A stretch of DNA of 64,000 nt from Dendrobates tinctorius (lineage: Eukaryota). The first letter of the stretch is position 1. Every line of letters begins with the position of its first letter. Where the stretch lies: assembly GCF_039654945.1 (NCBI RefSeq), contig NW_027361672.1, forward strand, positions 11,222,001-11,286,000, read 5' to 3'. This document shows positions 1-10,314 of this stretch, in pieces. The position numbers and the translations under genes were made by a program. The notes below the pieces were generated by a model, which saw only the letters and a program-made list of their open reading frames with translations, made no database searches and was not told where the DNA came from.

Positions 1-914
1 AACCCACAAATAACATTAGCTGAAATACTGGACTCTCTGAAAACTAGCGGTGTGGCTGTTTCAAGATGGACAATAAGTATCTTGCCTGCAAAACAGCACA
101 GAGACAAGCCTCAAAACTTCTGTAACAAGGTAATTTGGAGTGATGAGACCAAAATTAAACTTTTTGTCCGCAACCATAGACGCTCCATTTGCAGAGAGGT
201 CAACGAGGCCTATGATGAAAGGAAAACCATTCCTACCATAGAGCACAGAGGTGAATTGCTGATGTTTTGGGGATTTGTGAGCTACAAAGGCACAGGAAAC
301 TTGGTCAAAGCTGAAGGAAGGATGAATGCAGCACATTTTCGTCAAATACTGGAGGCAAACTTGCAATCATTAGCCTGGAAGCTGCACATGAGAGGTACTT
401 GGATGTTCCAACATGACGATATAAAACACAAGGCCAAGTCGACCTGTCATTGGCTACAACAGAACAAGGTGAAGGTTCTGGAGTGGTCATCTCAGTCTCC
501 TGACCGCAATATCATTGAGCCACTCTAAGGAGAGCTCAATCGTGCATTTCATGCTAGACAACCCAGAAATTTACAGGAACTGGAGGCTTTTTGCCAAGAA
601 GAGTGGGCCGCTTTACCATCTGAGAAAATAAGGAACCTCATCCACAACTACCACAAAAGACTTCAAGCTGTCATTGATGTTAGACGGGGCAATACACGGT
701 ATTAAGAAATGGGGTATGTGAACTTTTGATCAGGGTCATTTGCATGTTTTGGATTGTCATTATTTAAAAAGAGAAAACACAGTAGTTTGACAATAAATGG
801 TTTCACCCAACCACCAACCATGTGTGGGGAAAAAGGTTTGGTGTTATCATTCATATTCTATGAAAGAAGTAAGCAAAAATTCTGCAGGGGTATGTAAACT
901 TTTGAGCACAACTG
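1..914 (+). mobile_element. Tc1/mariner DNA transposon, 3' part (left end outside window or lost); decayed transposase ~52-703
   Basis: ORF 52..528 has Tc1 motifs WSDETK, FQHD and WSSQSPDRNIIE. Ends ...TTTTGAGCACAACTG followed by TA at 915-916. An inner copy of the terminal motif (GGGGTATGTGAACTTTTG) lies at ~711. Confidence 0.9.
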
Positions 915-916
915 TA

Positions 917-2655
917 TCAATGACACAGTGGCAAATGAGACCCCAGATTTCTTCTCCACCCTAAGAACGCTCATAAGGACGGAGGTAGAAAAATTCATTA
1001 AGATCCCAGTCCCTCTCAGAGGAAACACCACCCAGAGATAGGGCTAAAATATCTCCCACATCATCGGCTATGTACCCAGATGAGAGGGTTCTAAAGGATT
1101 CTTCAGAGATGACTGGAGCAGGCTATTGCCCCCCCCCAGAGGAAGTGGATAATTTAGTTAAGGCCGTGAGGTCCACAATGGGTCTAGTCGACCAGAAGGC
1201 CAATAAATCTGTCCAGGATATAATGTTTGGGAGATCATCTCTTCCTTTTGAGGATGCAGGATTACTGAAATACCCCCTCGATAGAAAGGATGACACCTTT
1301 CTCAAGGCTACCTGGGAGTCACCGGCAGGCCCTTTAAGGCCAGCCATTGCAGCAACCTGTAGAGCAAGGTCTCTTATGGTCTGGCTGAGTAGGTTGGAAG
1401 ACCAGCTGAGTGAAAATTTACCCAGAGACTCCATTCTGGCGACACTCTCAATAATAAAGGGGGCAGCAGGCAGACTAGCCGCAAGATCTGTCGCATTATC
1501 CAACGCAGGTCAGGGAGCAGTCTCGTTAAATGGTTGCCCCAGGGGCGTGCAAGCAAAAGGGAAACTGTGTTATCTACCTTGTGAAGGTCAGCATTTATTC
1601 GGTTTAGCTTTGGATGACATCTTGAAAAAAGCTGCAGATAAGAAGAAAGGGTTTCCAACACCTCCCTTCTGTACTTCAGGCAGTCCTTTCGAAGGAAGAA
1701 ATACAGTAGAAGGAGACTGAACACAGTAGATGGAAGATCGAGCAAGGAAAGGCAAGGGGTACCTATTCAGCAATCCTTCCCAGGATAGTATGAAACCCTC
1801 CAAATTACTCCCTACCCCAGGTGGGAGGAAGACTCTTCTTTTTCCTTCCAGCCTGGGAGAAAATTTCCTCCAGCACTTGGATTCTCAGCCTGGTAAGATC
1901 AGGATTAAAGCTGGAGTTCCTGAGATATCCACCAGACTGGGTTATCATGATGGCCCCACGGACATTCATCTTGGAGCAAGTAGCCCTGGAATCAGAGATA
2001 CTAAGCTTCCTAGAGAAGAAAGTTCTGCAGGAAGTTCCATCAGGAGAAGAAGAGAAATTCTTTTATTCTCCCCTGTTTCTGATAAAGAAGCTGGACGGCT
2101 CATACAGAACGATTATCAACCTGAAAGGCCTGAACAAATTCTTGAAGATTCCCCGGTTCAAGATGGAGTCAATAAGATCAGCAATACAACTGCTCTTTCC
2201 TGGTTACTATCTGGCTGTCCTGGACCTGAAAGACACATGCAGCGTTCTGGAAATTTCTCAGAGTAGCAGTACCAGTAGGGGGCACCACAAGGCACTTCTA
2301 GTACAGGGCCCTCCCCTTTGGCCTGGAAGTACCTCCTCGTGTGTTCACGAAGCTAACAGTGGAGGTTGTGGCCCACCTCAGAGAAAAAAAATGACTGGTC
2401 ATCCCATACTTGGACGACTTCTTAATAATAGTGGGTCATTCGTTCAATCATTGCCAGAGTCAAATGAGAGAGATAGCCACCATCTTGGAAGACTTAGGTT
2501 GGTGTTTAAACCTAGAAAAATCAAAGTTAGACCCACAAAGGACATGGATCGTTCTGGGGCTCTTACTTGACTCATGTCGCCTACTGGATCAAAAGAAGGA
2601 AAAGTTATTCAGTCTCCTCTCCAGATCAATACAAGATCCAGTGATGTCCCTCAGG
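917..2655 (+). mobile_element. DIRS-type retrotransposon remnant 1: gag-like ORF1 (1070-1720) and overlapping RT (1821-2655), frameshifted
   Basis: ORF1 C-terminus KLCYLPCEGQHLFGLALDDIL. RT motifs VGGRL..F..AW, FYSPLFLIKK.DGSYRTIINLK.LN, LDLKD and PYLDDFLI match the DIRS-type RT pattern. Confidence 0.8.
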
Positions 2656-3310
2656 AAAAGTGCTACAAACAGTGCTTACCCATGTGGGACATAGATACAG
2701 TGCACGCTGGGTCCTTGGCCCCAATGCACGTTTCGCGCTATGGGCTTCTTTGGGGGGCTTGTGTCACAAGCCTCCTGAGGAAGCCCATAGCGCGAAATGT
2801 GCATTGGGCCAAGGACCCAGCTTGCACTGTATCTATGTCCCACATGGGTAAGCACTGTATGTAGTACTTTTTTAAGCACTTGGCACTTTATTTCGTTCTG
2901 TTTATATTTTCTTGCTTGTTAACCAGATATTTTGTCCATGGTGGGAGTTGCTAATTTGGTAACTCCTTATGAGATTGTTCACACTTCTGACATCATTTAT
3001 TAGTCTATGGAGTTATACCACATGTGGCTCCTGAGATGGACAACCTCTGGTGCACATAAAATACTTTATACAAGTATATACATTGTGCATTTTTGAGTGT
3101 TTAGCTGCATGTTGCTAACATAGAGTAGTATGGTGCTGCTGTTTGTGTCCGTTGTGTCATCACCATCTATCCATCATTATTACTGAATTTTTGTATATAC
3201 TTTTTCCCTTTATGTTTTTGTATTGATCAATAAAATTTGTACATTTTTTTATTAAAGTGGTATTTTGTTTATATATGATTTTTGGGTTTTATTCTCCGCT
3301 TTTCTCTATA
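2656..3310 (+). mobile_element. Penelope-like element terminal repeat fragment with ~215-bp inverted duplication (2656-2871)
   Basis: Near-perfect palindrome centred ~2764. Hammerhead-like motif in each arm. AT-rich tail with AATAAA ~3229. Right boundary approximate. Confidence 0.65.
2771..2808 (+). ncRNA. Degenerate minimal type I hammerhead ribozyme motif
   Basis: CTGAGGA-A-GC-ccatagc-GC-GAAA-tgtgca-TT-GGG. The opposite arm reads GAAACGTGCATTGGG, which CpG decay of GAAACGCGCGTCGGG would explain. Confidence 0.55.
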
Positions 3311-3461
3311 GGAATCATCAAGAATTGACATTATGGAGATTTTAGTCTGCTGCAAATCTGCAAGGAAAAAAAAAGCAGTGTGTGCATGAAACTTCACGGA
3401 TCTAATTTACGTCGCTGTAAAACCTTGCATATATTACATGTGCACATAGCATTACAGGTAA

Positions 3462-3899
3462 GGCTAGTTTCATACTAGCGTATGTCCGAGGTGCGGAGGG
3501 CTGTGGGCTTTCTCCGTGAAGCTCTGCCCCCGGCCGCACCTCCTCCGTTCTGCCCCGCCTCTGTCGGCATGCGGCCTGCTTACCCTCTCTTTAGCATTAG
3601 GTACGCAGGCCGTGCCGATGAATGCTGATGCCTCCGCATGCGTCTTTTTGACGGTGCGGCGAGCCCACCAAAATGCAACATGCTGCGTTTGGCGCAGGAC
3701 GGCGCACCGTCAAAAAGACGCATGCGGAGGCATCTGCATTCATTGGCACAGCCTGCATACCTAATGCTAAAAATAGGGTACGCAGGCCGCATGCTGACTG
3801 AGGCGGAGCAGAACGGAGGAGGTGCAGCTGGGGGTGGAGCTTCACGAAGGAAGCCCGCAGCCCTCCTCACCTCGGCCATACGCTAGTGTGAAACTAGCC
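3462..3899. mobile_element. PIF/Harbinger-type palindromic MITE
   Basis: Termini GGCTAGTTTCATACTAGCG / CGCTAGTGTGAAACTAGCC; TAA TSD at 3459-3461 and 3900-3902; the whole element is an imperfect palindrome. Confidence 0.85.
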
Positions 3900-3926
3900 T
3901 AATTGGGGAGAGTCACAGACTGATTA

Positions 3927-5178
3927 CCGTATGTACTCGAGTATAAGCTGACCCGAGTATAAGCCAAGACCCCTTAATTTTGCCACAAAAAACTGGGAAA
4001 ACGTATTGACTCGAGTATAAGCAGAGGGTGGTGCTGCACAAGGGTTAATGGTGGCCCAAGAAGATGCTCCATAGATAAATACCCCCCCATACAATGCTGC
4101 ACAAGGGTTACTGGTGGCCCAAGAAGATGCTCCATAGATAAATACCCCCCCATAAAATGCTGCACAAGGGTTAATGGTGGCCCAAGATGATGCTCCATAG
4201 ATAAATACCCCCCATAAAATGCTGCACAAGGGTTACTGGTGGCCCAAGAAGATGCTCCATAGATAAATACCCCCCATAAAATGCTGCACAAGAGTTAATG
4301 GTGGCCCAAGAAGATGCTCCATAGATATATACCCCCCCTAAAATGCTGCACAAGGGTTAATGGTGACCCAAGAAGATGCTCCATAGATAAATACCTCCCA
4401 TAAAATGCTGCACAAGGGTTAATGGTGGCCCAAGGAGATGCTCCATAGATAAATACCCCCCATAAAATGCTGCACAAGAGTTAATGGTGGCCCAAGAAGA
4501 TGCTCCATAGATAAATACCCCCCCATACAATGCTGCACAAGGGTTACTGGTGGCCCAAGAAGATGCTCCATAGATAAATACCCCCCCATAAAATGCTGCA
4601 CAAGGGTTAATGGTGGCCCAAGATGATGCTCCATAGATAAATACCCCCATAAAATGCTGCACAAGGGTTACTGGTGGCCCAAGAAGATGCTCCATAGATA
4701 AATACCCCCCATAAAATGCTGCACAAGAGTTAATGGTGGCCTAAGAAGATGCTCCATAGATAAATACCCCCCATAAAATGCTGCACACGGGTTAATGGTG
4801 ACCCAAGAAGATGCTCCATAGATAAATACCTCCCATAAAATGCTGCACAAGGGTTAATGGTGGCCCAAGGAGATGCTCCATAGATAAATACAGCCCATAT
4901 ATTGCTGCTGCTGCAATAAAAAAATTAATATATATAAACTCACCTCTCGTCGCTGAGGGCCACGTGCCGGTGTCCTGAGCAGGCGGGGAAACTGGCGCGC
5001 TATGTGGACCAGGTGCCGGTGTCGCCGCTTGCTCAGGCCCCAGGCACTGGCGATATTCCCTGTCCCCGTTCCATCGCTGCGCACTGCTCTGTGTTCCGGG
5101 TCCTCTGCAGTGACGTTCAGCAGAGGGCGCACACTGACTACGTCATCGCGCCCTCTGACCTGAACGTCACAGTCAGAC
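3927..5178. mobile_element. Tc2/pogo-type non-autonomous element (one end), carrying a 62-bp array
   Basis: Starts TA|CCGTATGTACTCGAGTATAAGC with repeated CGAGTATAAGC subterminal motifs; the other end is not seen. Confidence 0.65.
4033..4892. repeat. ~62-bp tandem array, ~14 copies, 7-unit higher-order duplication
   Basis: Unit TGCTGCACAAGGGTTAATGGTGGCCCAAGAAGATGCTCCATAGATAAATACCCCCCATAAAA; diagnostic variants recur at 435-436 bp spacing. Confidence 0.95.
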
Positions 5179-5582
5179 GTGACACCATTTTGGAAACTAG
5201 ACTCCTTAGGGAACTTATCTAGATGTGTATTTAAGCACCTTGATACCACAGGTGCTTCACATAACTTTATAACGTTAAGCCGTGAAAATAAAAAAAAATT
5301 AACTTTTCCTGCAAAAATCTTTTTAGCTCCAAATTTTGCATTTTCACAAGGGTGACAGGAGACAATGGACCCAAAAAATTGTTGTGAAATTTCTCCTGAG
5401 TTCACAGATACCCCATATGTCATCCAGCTACTTTTGAGGCACAGTGCAAAGCTCAGAAGGGAAGTAGCGTCATATTACAGTGCAGATTTTGATGCACTTG
5501 TTTGAGGGTGCCATGATACATTGGCAGAGCCCCTGAGGTGCCAGAACAGCAGAGTCCCCCATAAGTGATTGCATTTTACCAA
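5179..5582. mobile_element. Internal fragment of piggyBac-like non-autonomous element
   Basis: Similar to 45350-45730 (GTGACACCATT.TGGAAACTA.AC.CC and TTTTCACAAGGGT..CAGGAGA.AATGGA), which lies inside a TTAA/CCC-terminated element. Confidence 0.6.
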
Positions 5583-5585
5583 TTA

Positions 5586-6460
5586 GGCTGTGTGCCCACG
5601 ATGCGATTTTTAAGCGTTTTTGCAGCGATTTTTGTTGCAAAAACGTTGAAAAATCTTGTACAGAACGCACCCCATGCATTCCTATGGCATTCCGCACATG
5701 CTGTGCTAATGCTGCACTGTTTTCCGCGGCGGAACCGCATCGCGGAAAAAATCGCAGCATGCTCATTCTTTTGTGCAGAATCGCAAAGAATTGCCGCGAT
5801 TCCGCACCCATAGGAATGCATGAGAATCGCTTACTTCCCGAATGTGGCTATGCCCACCATGCGGGAAGTTAAGCGTCTCATGTGCGGTTGGTACCCACGG
5901 GGTGGAGGAGAGGAGACTGTCCTCCAGGCCCTGGGTACCATACCCCTGTAAAAAATCGGGGTATATTTACCTTCCGACGTCCCGCGCTGCATTCCCGGGC
6001 CTCAGCGTTCCCAGTAATGCCTTGCGGCAAGGTCCTGTGATGACATAGTCTCGCGTGACTCTAGCAGTCTCGTGAGATCGCTATAGCAACGCGAGACCAA
6101 CGTCATCACAGGTCTCGCAAGGCATCGCTGGGAACGGGAGCGTCGCTGAGGCTGCGCGGGACGTCGGAAGGTAAATATAACCCGATTTTTTATTTTTTTT
6201 TTATCATTTTTAACATTATATCTTTTACTATTGATGCTGCATAGTAAAAAGCTGGTCACACTTGTCAAACACTATGTTTGACGAGTGTGACCAACCTGTC
6301 AATCACTTTCCAAGCGATGCTTCAAATCGCATGGAAAGTGGTTGAATATCGCACGCGAAAATCGCGAACATAATCGCAGTAAAATCGCTGTGAAATCGCG
6401 CAGAAAAAAACGCGCGATTTCTGGGAAGGAGTCCGGTTTTCAGTGTCCGGATTTAAACGC
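5586..6460. mobile_element. Harbinger-type MITE, right end truncated
   Basis: TTA|GGCTGTGTGCCCACG terminus; internal palindromes centred ~6070 and ~6272. Confidence 0.6.
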
Positions 6461-6464
6461 AACG

Positions 6465-6801
6465 TGATCCCTCACTGACCTGCCCCCTATTTTATATACT
6501 GCATATCTTATTGTCGTTTACAAAAAATTTGCAGTTTGCTGCAGCCACTTTTTTTTTTGCTCCAGTAAAATGGTAGCAGCGGTGGTTGCGCAGTAGCATC
6601 TATCACATCTCGATAGATGCTACTGCACATGCGCCACAGACGCCTTTTTTTTTTAATGAGGTTAAATATTTTTTTTTTTCCCTACAATATGCATAATGCG
6701 ATACATGCTACTGCACAGGTGTCATTTTACTGTAATTTTTTTTCTAACCTCACAATCTGATATGCAGTGTATAAAATAGGGGGCAGGGCAGTGAGGGATC
6801 A
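6465..6801. repeat. Palindromic MITE-derived segment
   Basis: TGATCCCTCACTGACCTGCCCCCTATTTTATATACTGCATATC is inverted at 6759-6801; inner hairpin GCAGTAGCATCTATC...GATAGATGCTACTGC. Confidence 0.7.
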
Positions 6802-7406
6802 GTAACCTGTCATTAAGCCATACAGATGATTATGTAAGCAGAGCAGCACATATATTAATTGATTGGTTTGATCTTCAGGCAATCCAGGGCCTTGGTCCTG
6901 CAGGACTCCTTTTAGTATGGTAAAATGGTCTGTAATCAAGGTGTAGTCGGAGCCCAGAAGACCAGTGAAAGAACAGTCCTGTGTTATTAAGCACATGTGC
7001 GGTTATTGGTCTGCAGCAATCCTCATGGTGGTTGTGGCAGTGGCTATCACCATACTTCTGGTGGGCAATAAGAGGTGTTTATGGTCTATTCTGTGGCTGC
7101 GGTGTTCTAAGTATAATCTGTCTAACAATCACTGCGGCTCATTATTGGTGTTGGGATACAACAGTGGAGGGTCTCCATCTCTCCCTCTGTTTCTGCTGCA
7201 TATTTTGTCTACCACATTTATCCTGAATATTTGGCATTACAGACATATATCTGACACTTGCTACGGTGACTTATCTTTGCATAGTTGTCTAAATTTTCTT
7301 CTGATCTTACAGATCATTTACTATATATAACATAGTTGTGCCCAGGACTTTGGTCCATTTATGGCACCCTGGTGCTATTTCGCTGGTACTACTCCTGTGG
7401 TGCTGT

Positions 7407-8427
7407 TGTGGCGCCCCCCAGGAGTATGGCCGCCACAGTGGCATTGCCTTCCTCCATGGAGGGTAATGTCATGCTTGGAAGCAATGAAGGGTCTCTCTAA
7501 CAGTTAATCATTTACATGCAACACGTTCCCTCTCCAGGCCAGCAGAGGGAGCTCTGAACCAGGATTGGGGGAGGAGCGTGCTCTGAGGGCCAGGAGGGGA
7601 AATAGATAGTTAGTGAGAAGAGGGCAACGAGTGTAGACATGTGGAGAGAAGCTGGAGGTTGGGCTGAGGACAGAGAGCTCCCTCCTTGTGATAGCGCATG
7701 ATCTGGAGCCTGGTCTCCATGGTTGTATGGATACTGAAGGTCCTGCAACAGAAACCAGAGGAATAGGAAGCTGTAAATGCTCTATTCCCACCTAAGACTC
7801 GGAGGCACAACAGCGACTGGTGAGCCAAGAGAGATAGAGGGCTACAACTGTCTCCCATACGAGGTAGTTCTAAGAGAAGATAAGAAGGAGGAACTTCAGT
7901 GTAACACGGTATTGCATGTACCTCAAGCCAGCGCTAGGAGGACACTACACAACCCATCTGATAGAGAGATACCTGAGTTGCTTCCAGGCTAGCCGGCTCC
8001 TGTGCCATCTGTAATCAGGACCCTGGACTGCGTTTGCCAAGTAAAGGTAAAGAAACTGCACCCCTTTGTGTCCTTGCCTCCTTCCTGCAACATCCTCAGC
8101 ACTGCTACATCTCTGTGCCAAACACTGCAACTTCTTCCTAACCCTTTATCTACCCTGCCCTGGGACTACAGCCCTGCCTGTGGAGGGCTACAACATTATA
8201 GCTGCACTACACCATCAGTCCCAGAGGATCTGCATGCAGCGTTGGCTTAATATCTCCCTTGCCGAACACCACAGGTGGCGTCACGAATCACTTATAAACT
8301 TTATTCCCAACTCAACCCCTTTTATATGGGCGCCCAGGGCCAAGGACCGGGTCACCGCTGCTGTGACATTCCCCTCTGAAGGACCAGCCCGGTACCGAGT
8401 ACCCCACAGCCCTGGGATGGCGACCCA
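7407..8427 (+). repeat. 5' LTR of Gypsy 1
   Basis: TGTGGCGCCC...GGCGACCCA; direct repeat of 24125-25145. Confidence 0.95.
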
Positions 8428-8430
8428 TTT

Positions 8431-8448
8431 TAGAGTCATGAACAGGAT
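8431..8448 (+). promoter_or_regulatory. Decayed primer-binding site, tRNA-Ser(CGA)-type
   Basis: TAGAGTCATGAACAGGAT matches TGGCGTCACGAACAGGAT at 15/18; that is the complement of a vertebrate tRNA-Ser(CGA) 3' end as I recall it. Confidence 0.7.
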
Positions 8449-8753
8449 CACGGAGCCCGGTATCCCCGGGTCCTGTGTGCCAGTGACTGTGTTTTGTGCA
8501 AAAGACTGTTGGTATCATTGCCGCCATTATCCTGCTGCTTGGCGCGCGCGGGAACCCAAAGAGGCGGGCCGTCGTGGGCGGAGCCTGCCGCAGAGCGCGA
8601 AGAGGTGAAGTACCGCGCGGGAAGAGGATAGCACGCGAGAAGTGAGAAGCTGAGGCCTGCAGCTCCGGCGTCACCTGATCCAGCCGAGGAGCGGCATCTG
8701 GTAAGCCAGCGCAACCCCGCGGCCTGGCTCACGTTAACTAGGGGGGAGAGAAA

Positions 8754-9738
8754 ATGTCTGAGGACAACCCCAGTGCAGTGGAGGGCGCTCCCGCAAACCC
8801 CTCAGCGCCCACCGCAGCGGTCCCCATAATGCCGCTGTCCATGCCCTACATACCGGGAGCGGCCTGGCTGCCGCTGTACTCTGGTGAGTCACATACCCTC
8901 AGTGAATTTAAAGAGAGACTGTGCAGTTTGTTTGAGGTGTATCCTCTCTCTGAAAGCCAAAAGGTGTGCATCCTTATTGGGCAGCTAACAGGTGCAGCAC
9001 AGAGAAAAGTAAAAGCCTGGCAGGACACTGACAAAGAGACTGCTAAAAAGATCCTGGCTAAGCTAAGAAGCACCCTTGACACCCGCACTGCAGCTGAAAT
9101 CAAGATGAGGTTCTTTGGATGTAAACAGAAAGTGCAGGACAGTATAAGGGACTATGCTCTTAACCTGCAGGAGGCGCTGCGAGCCGTCAAGCAGATTGAC
9201 CCAGACAGTGTGAAAGAAGAAGACCAACTGTTAAAGGAGCAGTTTATTGAAGGACTCCTATCCAGTACCCACAGAGCGCAGCTGCGCATCATAACCCTAC
9301 AAAACCCTGACCTGGACTTTGCTGATTTCAAGGACAGGGCTATCCGGGTACTGCAGGAACCAACTGTCAACCGTCCAGCGCCCCCTAGGCGCCCTGCGAT
9401 CACCTACCACCAGGAAGCAACATCTTCCCCTTCCATCCCTGTGGAGGCTGATGCCCAGACTCTGGATAAAGACCCATCTGCAGACCTACGTCTTCAGGTC
9501 CAGGAGTTGACCAAAGGTATGGCTGCACTTACTAAAACCATGCAGTCCCTGCAGGTGTCCTCCAAGGAGAAGATCCAGCTTGCTTCCAGTCCAGAGGATG
9601 TCCCGTGGCTCCAGAAGAGGAGAACCCCCGCCACTCCAAGGGAGGAACAACGACCGCTATGACCAGGACGGATGTCCCATCTGTCGTCGCTGCCACAAGG
9701 CAGGTCATCTTGCAAGATTCTGTCCTTTAAACGAGTAA
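8754..9738 (+). pseudogene. gag: Gypsy 1 gag (PNMA-like capsid), zinc knuckle frameshifted
   Basis: ORF 8754..9662; CRRCHKAGHLARFC knuckle in another frame at ~9681-9723. Confidence 0.85.
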
Positions 9739-9913
9739 CCCCTGGGGCAGAGGACCAACCCCCAGGAGTAGGACCACAAGGCCCAAAGAACTGGAGAGCC
9801 AAGTATGTTGGAGGGAGACCAGTCCTTCCAGTGGTGATTGACGGCATCCCCATGAACGCTTTGCTGGACACTGGCTCGCAGGTGACCACTATGCCCTATA
9901 TCCTCTACAAGCG

Positions 9914-10314
9914 GTATTGGGCTGACTCTGAACTTACCCGTGGCCCAACTGATGAACTGACGGTAGTTGCCAGTAATGGTCAGTCTTTACCTCAAGTAGG
10001 GTGTAAAGAAATTACTGTTAAAGTGGGTCGGGTAGAGCTAAAATCTCAAGGTCTGATAGTTGTGGATATTGATCGACGAGAATGTAATCCCATGATGACT
10101 CTTGGTACAAATGTATTGGGCTGACTCTGAACTTACCCGTGGCCCAACTGATGAACTGACGGTAGTTGCCAGTAATGGTCAGTCTTTACCTCAAGTAGGG
10201 TGTAAAGAAATTACTGTTAAAGTGGGTCGGGTAGAGCTAAAATCTCAAGGTCTGATAGTTGTGGATATTGATCGACGAGAATGTAATCCCATGATGACTC
10301 TTGGTACAAATGTA
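9914..10314 (+). repeat. 199-bp tandem duplication within the protease region
   Basis: GTATTGGGCTGACTCTGAAC...CTTGGTACAAAT occurs at 9914 and again at 10113. Confidence 0.95.

Noticed and set aside
3516-3886. Mirror-image ORFs on both strands
   Set aside because: Produced by the palindromic MITE.
3924-4850. Repetitive minus-strand ORFs (GASSWATINPCAAF)
   Set aside because: Translation artefacts of the 62-bp array.
6965-7330. Hydrophobic 121-aa ORF
   Set aside because: No ATG start, no recognisable domain, low-complexity T-rich composition.
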